Positions 25,250-40,378 are shown, numbered from the stretch's first letter. The stretch: DNA of 64,000 bases from Chlorokybus atmophyticus (GCA_009103225.1 RHPI01003169.1:1-64000), one strand, 5' to 3'. The notes: a model not told the origin generated them from the sequence alone. Made by a program: numbers and translations.

Positions 25250-27891
25250 ATGGCTGGAGGCATGGGCGGGGACGATCATGCTGCCGCCCAGAACGGCACG
25301 ACTGCCATGGTGGACGACGGAGACGGAGACGGAGACGCTCACAAGCGGAAGCATGATTTTACCACAGCGTCGCGCGCAGGTGTGTTGACCATGCAGCCAC
25401 TGCATGCTCGCATGCATGTTAGCCTGTTTATGTACTGTCCATGCTACTGCATAATGAACCAGCTTCGAGCTGACTCAGTGCAGTTTCGAGTTTTAGTGGA
25501 GTTCATGACCCGTTGACAAGTCATGTACGAGCATAAGGAAATAGTAGCTTTATTAGTCATGAGACTTGTAGTCATGCCTCGCTGCATTCGTGCGCGGTTG
25601 CTAGCTTAGCCATACGCCTGCAAGCATCTAGACAAACATAACGCTACGCCCTTCCGACATTGACAGACCTTTCACAATGTATTTGGTTTGACAGGCTTAC
25701 ATGCACAGTTGCTGGCCGTAAACAGAATATGAACATGGCAGAGCAATCAGCCTAATATGAAAGCCCAGTCAGTCCATTCAGCATTATGCGAGACTCAAGC
25801 AGCTCACGTTATGTGCGCAGTGGAGCGCATTTTTCGCTGTGTTGTAGGTGGCTTTGTTTTTAGTTGCAACGTGAAGTTCTGAGTGTTGCTAGCCAGGCGG
25901 ATGGCAAACGGGTGAAATGGTGTGTGCATGCACGTGCTCACGCGACTGTATAAGTGCATTGTGTCAAACCTTGGTTGCGGTGAAACAGTGGACTTGAGGT
26001 CCGACACTGTGACGAAACCAACGGACGAGATGCGAGAAGCCATGGCAACAGCAGTCGTGGATGACGACGTTCTTGGTGAGGTATTATCAACAGCTGGTTG
26101 TGTTTAATTATTTTTACCTAACAGTAATGCTGACGCCGATGCATGCAGGATCCCACTGCCGTGGCCTTACAAGAGTATGCGGCTCAGCTGTTTGGCAAAG
26201 AAGCAGGGCTGTTTGTCCCTTCAGGCACGATGGGTAATCTCATCAGCTTGATGGTCCATTGTGAGGTAAATTTGCAAGTTGTCAAGCAACAAGCTTCAGT
26301 GGTTGCAACAGCTTGTGTTGAGACCAAACATGTGTGCAGCAACGGGGTAGTGAGGCCATCATGGGTTCAGAGAGCCACATACACTACTATGAGCAAGGGG
26401 GTTGCGCAACAATTGCCGGCATACACCCTCGTGTCATAGCCAACAATCTTGATGGCACCATGGACCTGTCCGCCATCCAAGCAGCAATCCGTGCCCTGGA
26501 TGACCATTTTCCCATTACTCGCGTCATTGCCATTGAAAATACGCACAACAGGTACTGAGGCATACAAACACTGAGCCATGTGCACGCACTCACAACCATA
26601 GTGTAGCTGTGCGTGCACATGGACGCGCATATGCGCGGGCATGGGCATGGAGCTGGTACCACCAACACTGCATGCATGCGGTGGCAGCCACACCGTAGCC
26701 GTGTAGATGTGCGCGTGTGTGCATCAGCGTGCTGTTGCAACAGCCTTGCAAGTGTGGCAGGTGTGGTGGTCGCTGCCTATCTGTGGAATACACCGATGCT
26801 GTTGGTGCTCTTGCCAAGCGGTATGGGCTTCCGCTGCACATTGATGGTGCTCGCATCATGAACGCTGCGCAGGCAAGTGACACTTCAGGTCATGCACACC
26901 TTATTGATCTCCTGTGTGCATGTGCCAACAACACCTTGTCGCTGTCGCTGCTTTGCAGTCAGCGTTCTCATGTTACAGGCTTTGGGAGTGACTCCGGCAC
27001 GGCTAACGGCTGCTGCGGACTCGGTGTCTGTGTGTTTGTCAAAAGGGCTCGCAGCACCTGTGGGCTCAATCATTGTAGGGAGCAGAGAGTTCATTAGGAA
27101 AGCCAGGCGTTGCCGCAAAGTGCTTGGAGGAGGCATGCGCCAGGTGAGTAAAAACCAAAGGTGTTCAGATAACAATGCATGTCGCACTCAACATGCACGC
27201 ACAAGCAATCACATACAAATGATGCTAAAGTATGCTGCACTGCCCATCAGGTTGGCGTCATTGCGGCTGCGGGTTTGGTGTCGTTGCAGCGAATGCCAGC
27301 ATTGCTGCAGTTGGACCACAGGCATGCAAAACTCTTGGCAGGTATGCAGGCGAGTCTTTGTACGTCTCGTGCACTTTTGTTGGTCGCGTATGTTGAGTTG
27401 CTGGCAGGCATCTATGTCACAATCTTGCCCATCCCTGTGGCATAAATGGAAACGTGAGCGACCCCATGGACCGTTGATAATTGCAGAGGGCATGGCGACG
27501 GTGCCTGGAATAGTTGTTGACCCCAACACTGTTGAGACCAACATCATATACGCGGCATTGACAGCTTCGCATGGGTTGGACTCCATTGCGCTGTGCGCGT
27601 ATCTGAAACAGAGAGGCGTGCTCATCTTGCCATTCGACAAGTACAGGTGGGCATGCCATATCATGCATACTTCGCAGACACAAGGCATGCACATGTGTGG
27701 ACTGACGCGCGCATCACAGGATACGACTCGTGACTCATTACCACATCACCAAGGACGATGTGCGTTACGCCGTCAACTGCTTTAGTGACGCGTACAACTC
27801 ATCTGAAGCCCGTGCAGCATTGGGCTCAAGCTCAGACCTCAACTTGTTCAGTACAGAGGAGGAACTTGAACCCAAACGACAAAAGCCATAG
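25250..27891 (+). CDS. Low-specificity L-threonine aldolase (PLP-dependent), multi-exon
   Basis: [18 protein letters not shown]|[54 protein letters not shown] (PLP lysine), GGGMRQ, IRLVTH. TAG at 27889-27891. Confidence 0.92.
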
Positions 27892-28369
27892 ACCATGAAG
27901 GAGTTGTTGACTTGAAGTTTTACATGTACTTACACGTGTTCGCATTGGCTCAGCCGCAAGAGAGCTGCAAATGTCGATTTGCCCGTTGCGGTGATAACTC
28001 CTGTATGTGAAACTAGATCCTCGTAGAGTGCATGTGTACATTAGTCTATGGTTGTGCATCAGCATTATTGAGTATGTGCCATCACGCCAACTACGTGGCT
28101 TGCACAGCTGATGTCATGCAGAAAATGTGATGCCACTAGTGGTACATGCGTGTATGGACGCGAGTGTGCATGTGCGCCTATGTGGGACTGCATGTGTGCA
28201 AAGACACTGATAGGACTCAAGCTGTATACGTCATATAAGCATCAGTGTACACATGCAGATAAACTCACAACAACAATCAGCTAGTTGGCGTGTTACTGAG
28301 TGCCATACCAGTATTGACCATGCGACCATGCCAACTGCAATGTAAGTATTGATAGTGTAGGCGCACAGA

Positions 28370-29340
28370 TTAGTGTAGGTAAGAGCGAATTATCTTCACG
28401 AGCGCCCACAGCGTCATCACCATGATGATCAAGTACGCTGGGGTTGTGAAGGCCACGATCCCGACGGGGATGCTCCCGCTCAACCCCGCACCTCGCGCAT
28501 ATTGGTATGCATATGCCCAACGCAGCGCAAGCCACAACAGGCCTGCGGCCCCGCCGATCGTCGGGTCTGTAATTACATGGTGTCAATTGACTACCACTCA
28601 GCACAATCATGAGAGGCGTGCGTGCTTGCATGCATGCGTGCCTGCGCATGCGTGTGCGCGTGTGTCTACTGGCTGCACCGATGCCTGCAAGTACAGACGC
28701 AAGAATTGGATGATACTTGCTGTTCATTGCCATGGTGTTGCCCTGTGTGCAGCATGTGTGCGAGCACATAGTAAACTCCACAGCTGACAAGGTGAGAGCG
28801 CAAAGGAACAACTTGTGTGAGCGACGTGCTCACCGACATAGTAGGAGAACACCCAGAGGGCGGAAAGGAACGGCACGCTCTGCTCCACCTGGTTCGCGTG
28901 TGCGCGGAAGGCTCGCTCGAACTCGACCGCTCCGCTTGTCGCGGGCGGCTTTACACCGTGTCTGCGACGGGCGAGACCCACCTCATATCCCTGCCAACAC
29001 GAACATCATTTTTAACATGCCCAACACCCGCATCCTAAGCTGCGTGCGGGATCAATGCAGAAGTTTGCTGAGTGTGGTACCACACGCATAGCTATTGTTG
29101 TGTCAGCACATGCGGTTATACAGCTTTGATGCAAGTTGACCAAACACATGCATATGCATGTACGAGACTAGGACGTGATATGTTAAAACAACTCAACCCT
29201 GTTATGACATGAGAACCATCTCACCAGTCTGTCCTCAACTAGATTTGTCGACTCACCAGTTTTGTGAGAAGAAAGATCTGAAGCAGCGTCGCAATTGCCG
29301 GCAAGCGCGCGTCAAAGGACTGTGCCAATGCGGGCGCCAT
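28370..29340 (-). CDS. MAPEG-family membrane protein (microsomal GST2/LTC4S-like), 3 exons
   Basis: ARRRHGVKPPATSGAVEFERAFRAHANQVEQSVPFLSALW matches the MAPEG signature, flanked by hydrophobic helices. ATG at 29340, TAA at 28370-28372. Confidence 0.85.
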
Positions 29341-30065
29341 AATGCCTCAAAGCAGACAACTTTCACGATGCAGAACTGATTGCAACTCCAGCCTGCTGGA
29401 CATGTATGTATAGTCCACATATGAAGATACTGTCAGCGCCATTCTAACCCACATTACAGACATGATTTGTACAAAACTTGTTTGAGAGAATCAGGTGAAA
29501 CATGCAGTATCCAAGCAACATGCAGTGAACTGTAATCAGCTTTCTGCTGCACTCAGATGCAACTGGTGTAGTGATAACCTGTTTCGGCTGGCATGCACCA
29601 TGCACGTGTATATCTATATAAGACTGCTGTGTCCGTGCAGACGGTCCCATTGCTGAAACTAATGACGTCAGTTGTACTCCTGGACACACCACAACATACA
29701 ACATAGAGATACAGCAGACAAAGCACTGCGTGGCTTCAATGTGTGCTTTGAAAGCAGGTGGTATGACAGGGTTGCAAGCAGAAGATTGTCACAGACAGAC
29801 ACACGCACGCACGCACGCACCGGAAACTTCTTCGAGGAGCCGCCGCCGCCGCCGCCCACGACAACACCAACGTTAACGACCCAGAACGTACCGGCCTACA
29901 AGCGGTACGGAAAAGATCCGAACCAATGCCGGTGTACTGAACTACAGTCTACCCCCGCCAAAAGAATTCGTTTCAAGAGAATAACCCCGTTAGTATTATA
30001 AAGAATGAGATTACCAAACGTTGTACAGGCAGATTATACGTCTCAAGAGAATATGACTAGCCGCG

Positions 30066-30388
30066 AAGAGCATAATATTTTTCCATGAAAAAGTCGTAAG
30101 TTTGAGTGTGCATATTCCTAACATCGCGTGACGGGTGTGGCATAAGGCGTGATAAGCGTGATAAATAAAGCTTGATGGGTAAAGTGTAACGCGTTATTAG
30201 CGTGATGAGCGTGATGGCATTATAGACGTGACGTGATGTGCGTGACGTGATGTGCGTGATGTGCGTGATGAAACCGCGCCTATAGCATATATATGCTCTT
30301 AACGTTCAAGAGCATATTATGCTCTTAGACGCCAAGAGCATAACCTCGCCGAGAGCATACGATCTTGGAGGATAAACAGTATGCTCTT
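30066..30388. repeat. Cluster of short motifs: CGTGA(T) array (30127-30269) flanked by AAGAGCAT/ATGCTCTT copies in both orientations
   Basis: About 10 CGTGA copies and about 7 (A)AGAGCAT/ATGCTCTT copies read directly. Non-coding; resembles transposon subterminal repeats. Confidence 0.6.
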
Positions 30389-32270
30389 AAAGGGGGTAGA
30401 TTGTATATCAGTCTGAATAGTCCGGCAGAGCATTGCAAACCACCCTTGCTAAGAGCTGCATGCTTTCGTGAGTCCATGTTCCTGTATCTTGTGTTAATTG
30501 GATGATCAAACCGCTGGTCCATCTGTTAGGCTTTCAAGAGCTTGCTGCTGTAACAAGACAATTTTCTGTATGTTGTGCATATAGTTGTGCATTGTACGAA
30601 TTATAAAATGCAACATGTTATGTACTAAGATGTGCAGGTTGAGACCACGTGCTGTTAGCGGTTTATTTGCTTGTCGCTGCAAGCCACGCTGCTTCGATCT
30701 ACATGAGGTGCGCAATATCTGTAGCACACATTGCAATCATACACGGACCCTACTTTGTGTAAATATGCTATTGTTAATTCCTATGAGTGGTTGGATCAAA
30801 AGTGTCCTGCATGTACCTATTTTATACCATACACGTATGTGGTTTAGAATCGTACATGTGTGTACATGCGCAATGGTGCCAAACAATTCCTGGGAAGCTA
30901 TGCTTTGTTTGACCAATGGTGCGAAATGCGACCCTACATTGATGCATTTGATTAGTTCACGTTGGATATGTGCAAGTCGAGGTGGGACATGGCAGGGACA
31001 ACAGCATGCAAGCATCATGTATGCACATAAAGTATAAGCAATGCTTTGCTGATACATATGTATAGGATATGCTCGAGGCAGTTTTGTGTCTACATAATGC
31101 TTGCATGCAATAAACGTGGTCTGTCACATGTATATTATGACAATATGATTTACACATGAGCTATGATATGGACATCTACAAAGCAGCGTATTGGCCTCTG
31201 AACTACGCATTTGAGTATATATAGTGATATAGTGATATAGTGACAAACAGGTACACACGTTGTTGCATCCGCCAATGAAACCAAAGTTTTCCTACATTGT
31301 ATATGTGGCCTCTATTTACTATTAGATGATCTGCTGAGTGCATGTTCACCACGTTCACACGTGTGTTCGCACAACAGCATACCTCTACTATGCACAAGCC
31401 TATGTCTGATATTGCTCGCGCTTTGATGTGTACAACAGAATGACGAGGGAATTGTGTACAGGATATGCTGGCAGTAGTTGGAGACATGCATGACCTCACA
31501 CACAGCATGCCAAACAGCAACATACAAGCACATTACAACACACACGGCCCTGTGGGCAGGTAACACCATGTCAACATGCATGCATGGCTAACGGGGACGG
31601 GCGGTAGTGTCATAGTGATAGTGGTTAGCCCGGTAGTGATGGTGTACAACTTGATAAACTGAATTGGTAGTGTGCATGTGAGTGTTGGTGTGCATGTGGC
31701 ATATGTATGCGTGTGTCTCACACAGCACTTCACATACCCTATACACTGTATCAATCTCTAAGGTGCTAGAGTGTATATGTTATAACAATGCTGCAAAAGT
31801 TTAAAATCCCTATGTGGTGACAATGCGTTCCATCATGGTCATCACCAGCATTATCGTCGCCGCTATTGACTAAGTATACACTTCCGCACTGCAACCTTTC
31901 CAATTTGGCCAGCTTGTTCACTTGGAGCCCAGACATAAACTCCAGGTCACGACAAGTAAATATCTTGATGACAGTTGGCGCCCTTCATGCTGAGGGCGTG
32001 AGCATGTGCATCTGGTTGGTCTGTGGTCCAGACATAGAAACTTGCGGCAGACAACACTCTCACCTGCTGCTTTTGTATACGTCAAGTAAAAAAGGGTCGG
32101 CAACATCACATTGACCGGGTTGGCAGAAATATAAATTAAGCACACGCAATGCACAACAAAGCTGACATGGTGAAGCAAATGCTCCCCAGAATATACAACA
32201 ACGTACAAAGCGGGTGCAGTCTGTGTCTCAGCTCAATTGCCAAACACACTGCCTGTGCAACAAGCAATAA

Positions 32271-35200
32271 TCAAAGGAAGTTCTGGTTATTGGAGGGGGG
32301 CGCATCTGCAAATGGGTTGCTGCCGAAAGGGTTCGAGTTCTGGTTGAGCTGCGGCGGAGGGTTGAAGCCGGCCGCGGCAAAGGGATTCGAGCCCGGAGCA
32401 GCCGAAGCAGCACCGAAGGGGTTCCCGGCCACACTTTGCATCTGAGGGCGTGGCGGGCTGGGCCCTCCAAAGGGGTTCGCCCCACCCGCGGGCGGGCCAC
32501 CGAATCCTTGAGGAGGAGGACCTCCAAAGCCCTGTTGCGGAACACCATAGCCCTGCTGCGGGCTGCCAAAGCCCTGTTGCGGACCACCATAGCCCTGTTG
32601 CGGGCCGCCAAAGCCCTGTTGTGGTCCACCAAAGCCTTGAGGAGGTGCACCATATCCGCCCTGAGGGCCGTATCTCCCGCCTGTGGGCATTTGTTGAGAG
32701 CCGAAAAGCCCGGCGGCTGGCTGAGGCTGCGGCGACGAGTACAGACTGTCCAACATGTTCTTATTCAAGCCGCTGGGCTGTGACGGCTGCTGCTGTGGCG
32801 GCTGCTGTGCTGGCGCAGTGCTAGGCAATGCAAGCTGTCCAAAGCTGTCTGTGCCATTGGCCTGCGATTGCCACGCATATACAGCCTGTCTCAGCCAGGA
32901 GCCAAGCACTGCCCATCACATGAAAGCAGCAGACAGTGAAGCGCAATGTCTGAGGTGTGCGTTGGGGGCACACCCATACTCACCGGAAAAGTTGAAGGCA
33001 CTGCAGCAAACGGGTCCACAGAAGAAGATGACGATGCAAATGGATCGCTGGGCACAGTGGAATCTGCCAGCATGACAGTCAGCTGGCTGAGCACAAGCAC
33101 TCCACCACACAATCTCGCAGACAACTTCATGAACAGCGAAATTTGAACTTGCAACAATACCAGCCAAGAGTAGCTCTCACCTCCAAAGCCACCTTGTGTC
33201 TGGGCTGGGGCAGCTTCAATACTCAAGTCAGCCTGCAATCACGCACTGTTGGTGACCCGACCACCGACCAACCATGGCCAACCAGCAGCAGTTTGCCCTC
33301 ACCAGCAGATCAAAAGCGGCAGGTGCGGGTGCAGCAGCAACCGCTGGAGCGGCCGCTGACGCGCCACCTGGAGGCGGTAGTGAAAGTCTTCCTGAGCTGG
33401 GTACCGCACCAACACCTTTTGTGAGGTTCTGATACTGAGGCCTGCTCGCGCCAGTTGCACGTGATGGCTGCACGCAGTCCAGGCACTCTCAGTACCATGG
33501 CAGTACAGCAGCATCAATAACAGCTTTGGCGAATACCTTTGCCGGAACAATCTCAGTTCCAGGGACCTCTCGCACGTACTCTTCCATTGTTGCCAGGAAT
33601 GAAGCTGGCGGCTGTGAAAGAAGACAACATGAAGAGCAAGATTTGGCAAGGACATCGCCACATCATGGCTTCCACCGTCGCGTACCTGCTCCAGCTCTGG
33701 AAACTGTATCCGCCCAGTGATGTCGATGTGCTTGGCATGGTCATAAAATGTTTGTAACCTTTCGGCCTGCAAGCAAGGCCTGGTTACAGCATGTCACAAC
33801 AGCACTGTAATCGGTGTTGCCGTTTGTGCAGCATGGTGCCAGATTGGACAAACAGCTCGCATTGCATGTGACAGCACAACAAACCTGCTTGCCAGCAAGC
33901 CGATAGATGTCCAGAGCTTTCAGCGCATCACTCCGTTGCATCTCAAAGAACTGCACAATCCGCATGAGCAAGGTATTTCCATATCAAGCAGCCACAACAC
34001 CGCCATGCACCTTATCCACAAGGTTGATAATGCCATCATTGATTGCGCGATACAGCTTGAAGCTTTCTTTGAGAACCTGAGTGGTAGCATTAGCAGAAGC
34101 AACTCTTAGCAATACCAATCAGCAATGCAGTCAATTCCATGACAGCTCAAACACACACTGCAGACAATATACAACACAAGTGTATCTGTTAAAATTATAT
34201 ACAAAAGATGCGTAACTGTTAGTACACACGCCAACAGACTCCTTCTCACCATGCCCATGGCGATGGCTACAACTCCATTCCTTGACGATGCTCCTTCCGG
34301 CTGTTCAGCAGTTTACATATCAGCGCCCGCCCCGCAAGTAGCAATACTGTAACAATCTGCTGAGAACAACATACCCTGCAATTGATGAGGCGAGACATCT
34401 GCGCTTGAAGGCGTGGCAACCACACCAGCAGACCCGCTGTATCTAGTGTCCGGGTCCTGCTGTGTTCCTGCGTATGACGAACAATGATGTGCTGTCCAAC
34501 AGATCGACTCCCTTAGCATGGCACGCACGCAGGAAGACTCTAGCTGCTTACAGTCGTTCCTTCACTTTCAACATCAAAGTTGAGAGCTCGTTCAGTCTCA
34601 ATCCTCTCCTCAAGGTACAGTGAATATGTGCGCACCCAGGCAGAATGATCCCAAGCTGTAAAAAGAGCAGTTAGCAGCAATGCATGTCGTCAAACAATCA
34701 GCTAGAGTGATATACCCACCATCAGGGTGCGACTCGTCCTTGAAGTTTGCAAGGTTAAGAAAGTGCGCATTCTGACTTTGATGAAGCAGCATTTCCCTAA
34801 ATGAGGGGTCAACTTCTCGCAAGGCTCTATGGAAAACCATCAAGCACTTGAGCACCACCTGCAGTTGCATGTCATGTCACATGCTTTACATCCACTGGCT
34901 GGCAGTGCATCTGTATCAAGCTCTGAAACTCCGCGACGTACGATCCAATCAGGAGAGCTTCGAAGTCGCTTCTGCAGTGTGGTGATGGTGTAGGAGACGT
35001 CTGCTCTAGGTCGGTGCGCGCCTAATGCTGCAAAGATGGCTGCACGCACGCACATAGTCAAACAGAACGAATGAGTTAGTACCCAGATGCAAACCACAAG
35101 ATAGTCCATGAAATTGCGGTCAGGTGCAGCCACTGTGAAACAAATAAAGACAAGACACTGCCACCATGCAATTCAGAAAAACTTATGTACAACTTATGAT

Positions 35201-36286
35201 GCTCATTGGCAAGTTCAGCGACCGCATGGCAAAGCTTGTAAGGATGCGCACGAGTGTATTTAATGCATGACTGCAGATATGCATGACTGCGAAGCACCCC
35301 TTGGCAATGGACACAGTCAAGCAAGTGCTCTTTCTTTGGGCAGATGCATTCCTCTGTCCACTTGCACACAGCTCACTCAGCAGGTTTCCTCCTTGTGTGT
35401 GACAGTCACACAGAGCATGTACAACAGTTATGCGTACCGCATAAGCACGAATTAATTAAGTTGGACACAACAACCCCACTTACTTCGAACATGCTTCTCC
35501 TTGGGCGGGACTTCATCATGGTTTGTGGCCTTTACAATAGCAATGTCCAAATCCTGCACAACATGCACCTCTTTCAGCACTTAAGCAAATGACTCAATTC
35601 ATCTCTACTGCTGACCATGTCAACTTGTATTGCTGCAACCACATGCAATGTCCGCGCACGAGCCCAACAGTACGGTAGCTCTTGAAATCCCATGCAAATG
35701 GGAGTTATAGGGCATGACAGGTCGCAGAACTGTCAAGCTTTGCTAGGTATGCTGAAGGAATCCTCAGTTGCGCTGACTGCAATGCCCGCTGACACACTCG
35801 GTGTAGTCACAAATGCGGTCAACACTACAATTGCACGCATGAAGCAAGAGGACTTTTTCTCTTCTAGTGCAATCTGAACAGGCATTGCGCAAGAAGGAGG
35901 CAGGAGTAGGCAACTGACGAGCTGGAATAGAGGCGTTGTTGTTGATACAGCGCACGGAATGCACGACCCACGCATGGCATGCGCATAACATTATGCATCC
36001 AGGCTGTAATGACGCATGCAAGAAGCCATATATATACGCTGCACATTGGACTCCACTCTATCATGCTGGTTGAAACTCCAACAACCAAGCAATTGCCGTC
36101 TGCTGGGACATGCACATGAACGACGGAACAACATACACGAACAGCGTTCAGAGGCAAACTCGCACACGTGTATGTGCCCCTCACCTTATACTCGCTTCCC
36201 ATGTTGGCGGCGGCGATCTTGGCCTTGTCGGACACCACGCCAATCATGGCACGGCTCCGCTGCCCGCCAAGGTACTTGGAGGCCAT
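32271..36286 (-). CDS. ANTH-domain clathrin assembly protein (AP180/CALM family), multi-exon
   Basis: MASKY..GSEYK|DLDIAIVKATNHDEVPPKEKHVR; RPRADVSYTI; LKCLMVFHRALRE; LNLANFKDES; ESFKLYRAINDGIINLVDK; FFEMQRSDALKALDIY. C-terminal Q/G/P-rich tail with five NPF motifs. Confidence 0.92.
32524..32640 (-). repeat. 21-nt coding tandem repeat (QQG[F/Y]G[G/S/V]P) in the ANTH tail
   Basis: About 5-6 units visible in ORF 32271..32909. Confidence 0.85.
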
Positions 36287-39200
36287 ATTGCTGCGCCTCC
36301 AAGATGGCGCGCACGAGGCGCAGTATTCAAATCCCTCCTACGCAAACCACGGTTCCCTGCGCTACCACTGGCACCTCCGGACGCCCCCGCCGCCGCCACC
36401 AGCACCACGGCCGCCAGCAACCTCACCAACGACCCGCACGCTAACGTCTATGGTGAGGTTGAAACCCTAGATGCAAGTTGCCCGCCTGCGACACGTGCTG
36501 CTAAACTGCAGCGTGCAACCTCTCATCATTTTACGGGCATGCGCGCCAACTGAAAAGCAAAAAACGGGCGTAATTGACATTGCGTCACTCGATGACAGTG
36601 GTTTTCGTCACTTGAGTGGCGGCAGCCAATCTGCGCTGCCAGCTGGCATTTTGATGCAAGCGGCACTAGTGGTATAGGGTAAAGGAATTCATAATGATGG
36701 TGTGCCAACACTTAATGGTCAAGCGCCGGTGACTACTACATGTATTAGGTACATGTAGTAATAACACACAAGAGTTGCATATAGCAAAACCCTGTAGAAG
36801 CAAATGTACCCGAGGCAACCATGCATACGCAGCAAGTGCACAGGCCAGCAAACAAGCAATTAAGTGGGGGCTAAGACAGTGTTATCTACTACACCTCACA
36901 CAACAGCAACCACAACTACCAGACGTTAGAGACCCTTGAAACAAGCCAACGGAGAGGCAGCAAGGCGTGGTATGTATTCATGGCAGAAGGTGTACCACCT
37001 GCGGTATGTACAGGAGCAGAGGTTGGATCCCGGGCCCAGCCACGAGCAGCATTTACGACCCAACGGACAGAACTTGACAGGACGCCTGAACAACAACTTG
37101 GCCCCCATATACATGAAACTTTGATCATGAACATCATAAAAAGGAGATGATGACCAGAGGCATGAAAGGACACAATAAATGGTTGATAAATTGCAAGGGC
37201 GAATTAGTAGGACATAGAAACTGTACTCAAAACTTTAAGCTGTGCATCACATTTAAATGTTCAATGGAATAAATGTAAGCATATACACATAGCGTACCCA
37301 ATGCTATAATCTAAAAGTGTTGTCATAATAGCAACAAAAGGTGGACATGTCAATCTCCACTGCGGTGATCAAGTCGTCTACTAGTGGCTCTCACCATGCA
37401 CATCATGCAAATACAACAGCAGGCAAGATACAACCAATGCATGCAACCTGCAAACGCTCATTCCCATGCTTAACTCCCTGCTTTGTAACACGAGGTTGTT
37501 TGGTGGAGCCATGGTTACATGCTGCCGCATGCCCCATTAACCATTGATATTGCATTGAACAGCGTATAACAGCACTTGGAGTAGTGAGTAAATGGCCAGA
37601 GTGTAGTTTACACTGCCTCTGCTTGTGATGCCCTGCTGTGCTTGTTCTGCTATGCATTTCTGCACGTGCACGCATATTTGTGCATGGCATACCATATTCT
37701 ATACTCTATACAATGTGATGCAAGGCGAGCAATTGGTGTGTCCTACCAACGTCTCTATAGGTTGATAGCTAAGAGGTGTTCATCATCAGCAATCAGGTAG
37801 ATGCAGGTAAGTGTAGTACCCCACATGTGGGGAACAGCTTGCTGCCCGCATACACAGTGTAGTGCGTGCTTGCTGTGAGCTACCTGTGAGCTACCATGCT
37901 TGCAAATGCACCAATTATAACTTGAGTAACTTGCACCTACAAACTGCAATGCTTTGACTAACTGCTATCTGCTTCCTGTTGCCTGAGCTATGTTGCATGG
38001 CTGCGGTTGATAGCCGTTGCTGAATCACCTGCAGCCGCTCACTACCTCATCAAACAAGTTTTACAACTCCAAAAGAGGCACTGCTTTTTGCAGCGCCAGC
38101 ACATTATCCATTTCAGCACTGCACAGCAAAACATCACCACTCCGCCCTGCGCCTGACCTTGCTGCTGCTGCTGCTTTCACTGCAATAAAGCTACTGCTGC
38201 TAGTCCCTGCTAATACCATTGCTAACAAGCGGATGTAACCACCAGGTTGGTTGCCGCTGTTGTTTGCTTGCTGCCCCGCCTCCTACACCGCCTCAACCCC
38301 TCCACACACACGCACTTGGCTAGCGCACATGATTGGAGCACTAATTTGCCCCTGCCTTATCTTTGTGCTGCTGCTGCTCTGCCTGGCTTGCTTGCTGTGT
38401 TACTAAGCAACGCCAACACGGTGTTGGCATGCTGTGCTTGCGCTACATTGCGTGCTTTTGCATTGGAAATACTGGACATCATATACAGGTTAACCATTAA
38501 CCATAAGCACATATAAGCCAAGCACGGGCAAACAACACATGAGGTTGGGGGCGCACTACACTAGCACTATGTGCACTAGCAAGATCAGAGGGAGGAAGGG
38601 GGCAAAGCGCATTGCTTGCCTGGCATGTAAGACAAGAGTGAGAGATTACCTGCCAGCGCCGCGCATCATGTGGTATTATTAACATATATAACAGCGTACA
38701 CTGGCGCCTTCAAGCCTGCTCTGCTGCGCGCCCCACTCACAAACGAGGTGCTATACCAATAACATTACACATTACAAACAAGTACACCACCTCCATGATC
38801 AGCAAATGTTGGCTTTATGTGCTGCCACTTTACCTACCTGTACACATCACACAATTATATAGCTCGCTATGTGGTGTGGCACGTGGTAACATGTTCACAC
38901 AGTACGCAATGCGAGTGCTGCGTCCGCTTCCCGTGGTCAGAGGTCCCAGAGCTACCGGACCCAACCCCGTATTGCTGCCTTCGTCGGCGCTCCAGAACCG
39001 CCATAGCTTGCACCCGGTGTACGGCGTCCGCTACGCGCTGATGGCAAAGGTGTTTGCGGATTTATGACATGTCTAATTGGGCAACATCGTCACACCAAGC
39101 CACGTACTGTCATCCCTGCCTATCACTGCACAAGCATACTCACACGCATGCCAGCGGCATGCAAGCACGCCTACACAACTACACTGCCGCAGCCGCCAGC

Positions 39201-40378
39201 ACAGCGTCCGCTTCCGCCGTTGGCGCCGCCGTCTGGACCGGACCCCAGGCGTGTTGCGGAACCCTAGGCGTCGTTGCTCTGCTCCTCACATTGCGACAAT
39301 GTGGTGACGCACAGGCGCAGCATGTGCTGCATGTCCTCGCCTGGTGTGCCATGCATCTCCATCACCAGCAGCTTGAACGTGTCTTTCGGCGGGTTCCGCG
39401 AACTTGCGCCGCTTGGCAACTTCCGCCACCTGTAGCGCCGCGCCGGCTTGGTCCCCAAATGCCATGACACGATAACGGTCAGCAACAGTTTTATTTCCAA
39501 GGGCTCGAACGTTACATGCCCATGCGCCTGCTCTGCACGTTCCCAACGCAAATGGGCATGAACCCAACTGCTGGCAGTTGATGACCAGTCTATCCTGTGT
39601 GACCATGGCGAATATCTTATCATGCGTTGTAACTTATAAGATGTTAATGGCGGTAAACACTCAGCCAATTAAGCAACGAAGCAAGGTCCAGCATGCACCA
39701 ACCGAGTGCGCACTGAATGCCAAAGCAACTTATCCGTCCCATGTCAACGATTCAATTTGTATGCCTTACAATAGCATGTCAATGTGTAAAGCATTGCGCT
39801 ATCTCTGATATCGCCACTGAAGCTGCTTCCATGTCAGCCTGGTGCACGGCATAATGGCTCGAGCATGCAAACAAGTTCAAAGAATACAGCTAAACAGCTC
39901 AAGTGCTAGCCTTCCCATACACCTACTTTTGCAACAATATGGCAAACAGCACACAATTTGAAAAGAATGTACTGCTATGATAGCAACATTCTAAGAAGCA
40001 CCAAGGTGTCAATGAACTGTCACCTAGAAGGCAAGCAATCTATGTAGCGCACAATCTGTCATACCTGCCGACAATCATGCCCGCACAAGTGCCTGGCAAC
40101 CTGGCTACTGTGTATAAGCTACACCGAGCAAAGCTCAGTAGCACTAACCTGCACAAAATTGTTCAGCATGATAGCATGCTTTCTGTGAACCCGCCGACGG
40201 TACGTGCAAGGCATCCAGGAGAGTGCTGCCATCGCAACAAGTGTGCGGTAGCAAAAGAATAAGGGGGAGGCACGTAGTAGCTGATAGGTATGTAGAACTG
40301 TACATAGCTAGGGTGGAAGCGTGATGTACAAGGGACTGGCTGGGATGCTGAGTGGTCACCAGTCCCAAAGACAGGTTT

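Noticed and set aside
38860-39480. GC-rich coding-like patch between the ANTH and PSY genes
   Set aside because: No frame gave a recognisable motif or a consistent splice model; left uncalled.
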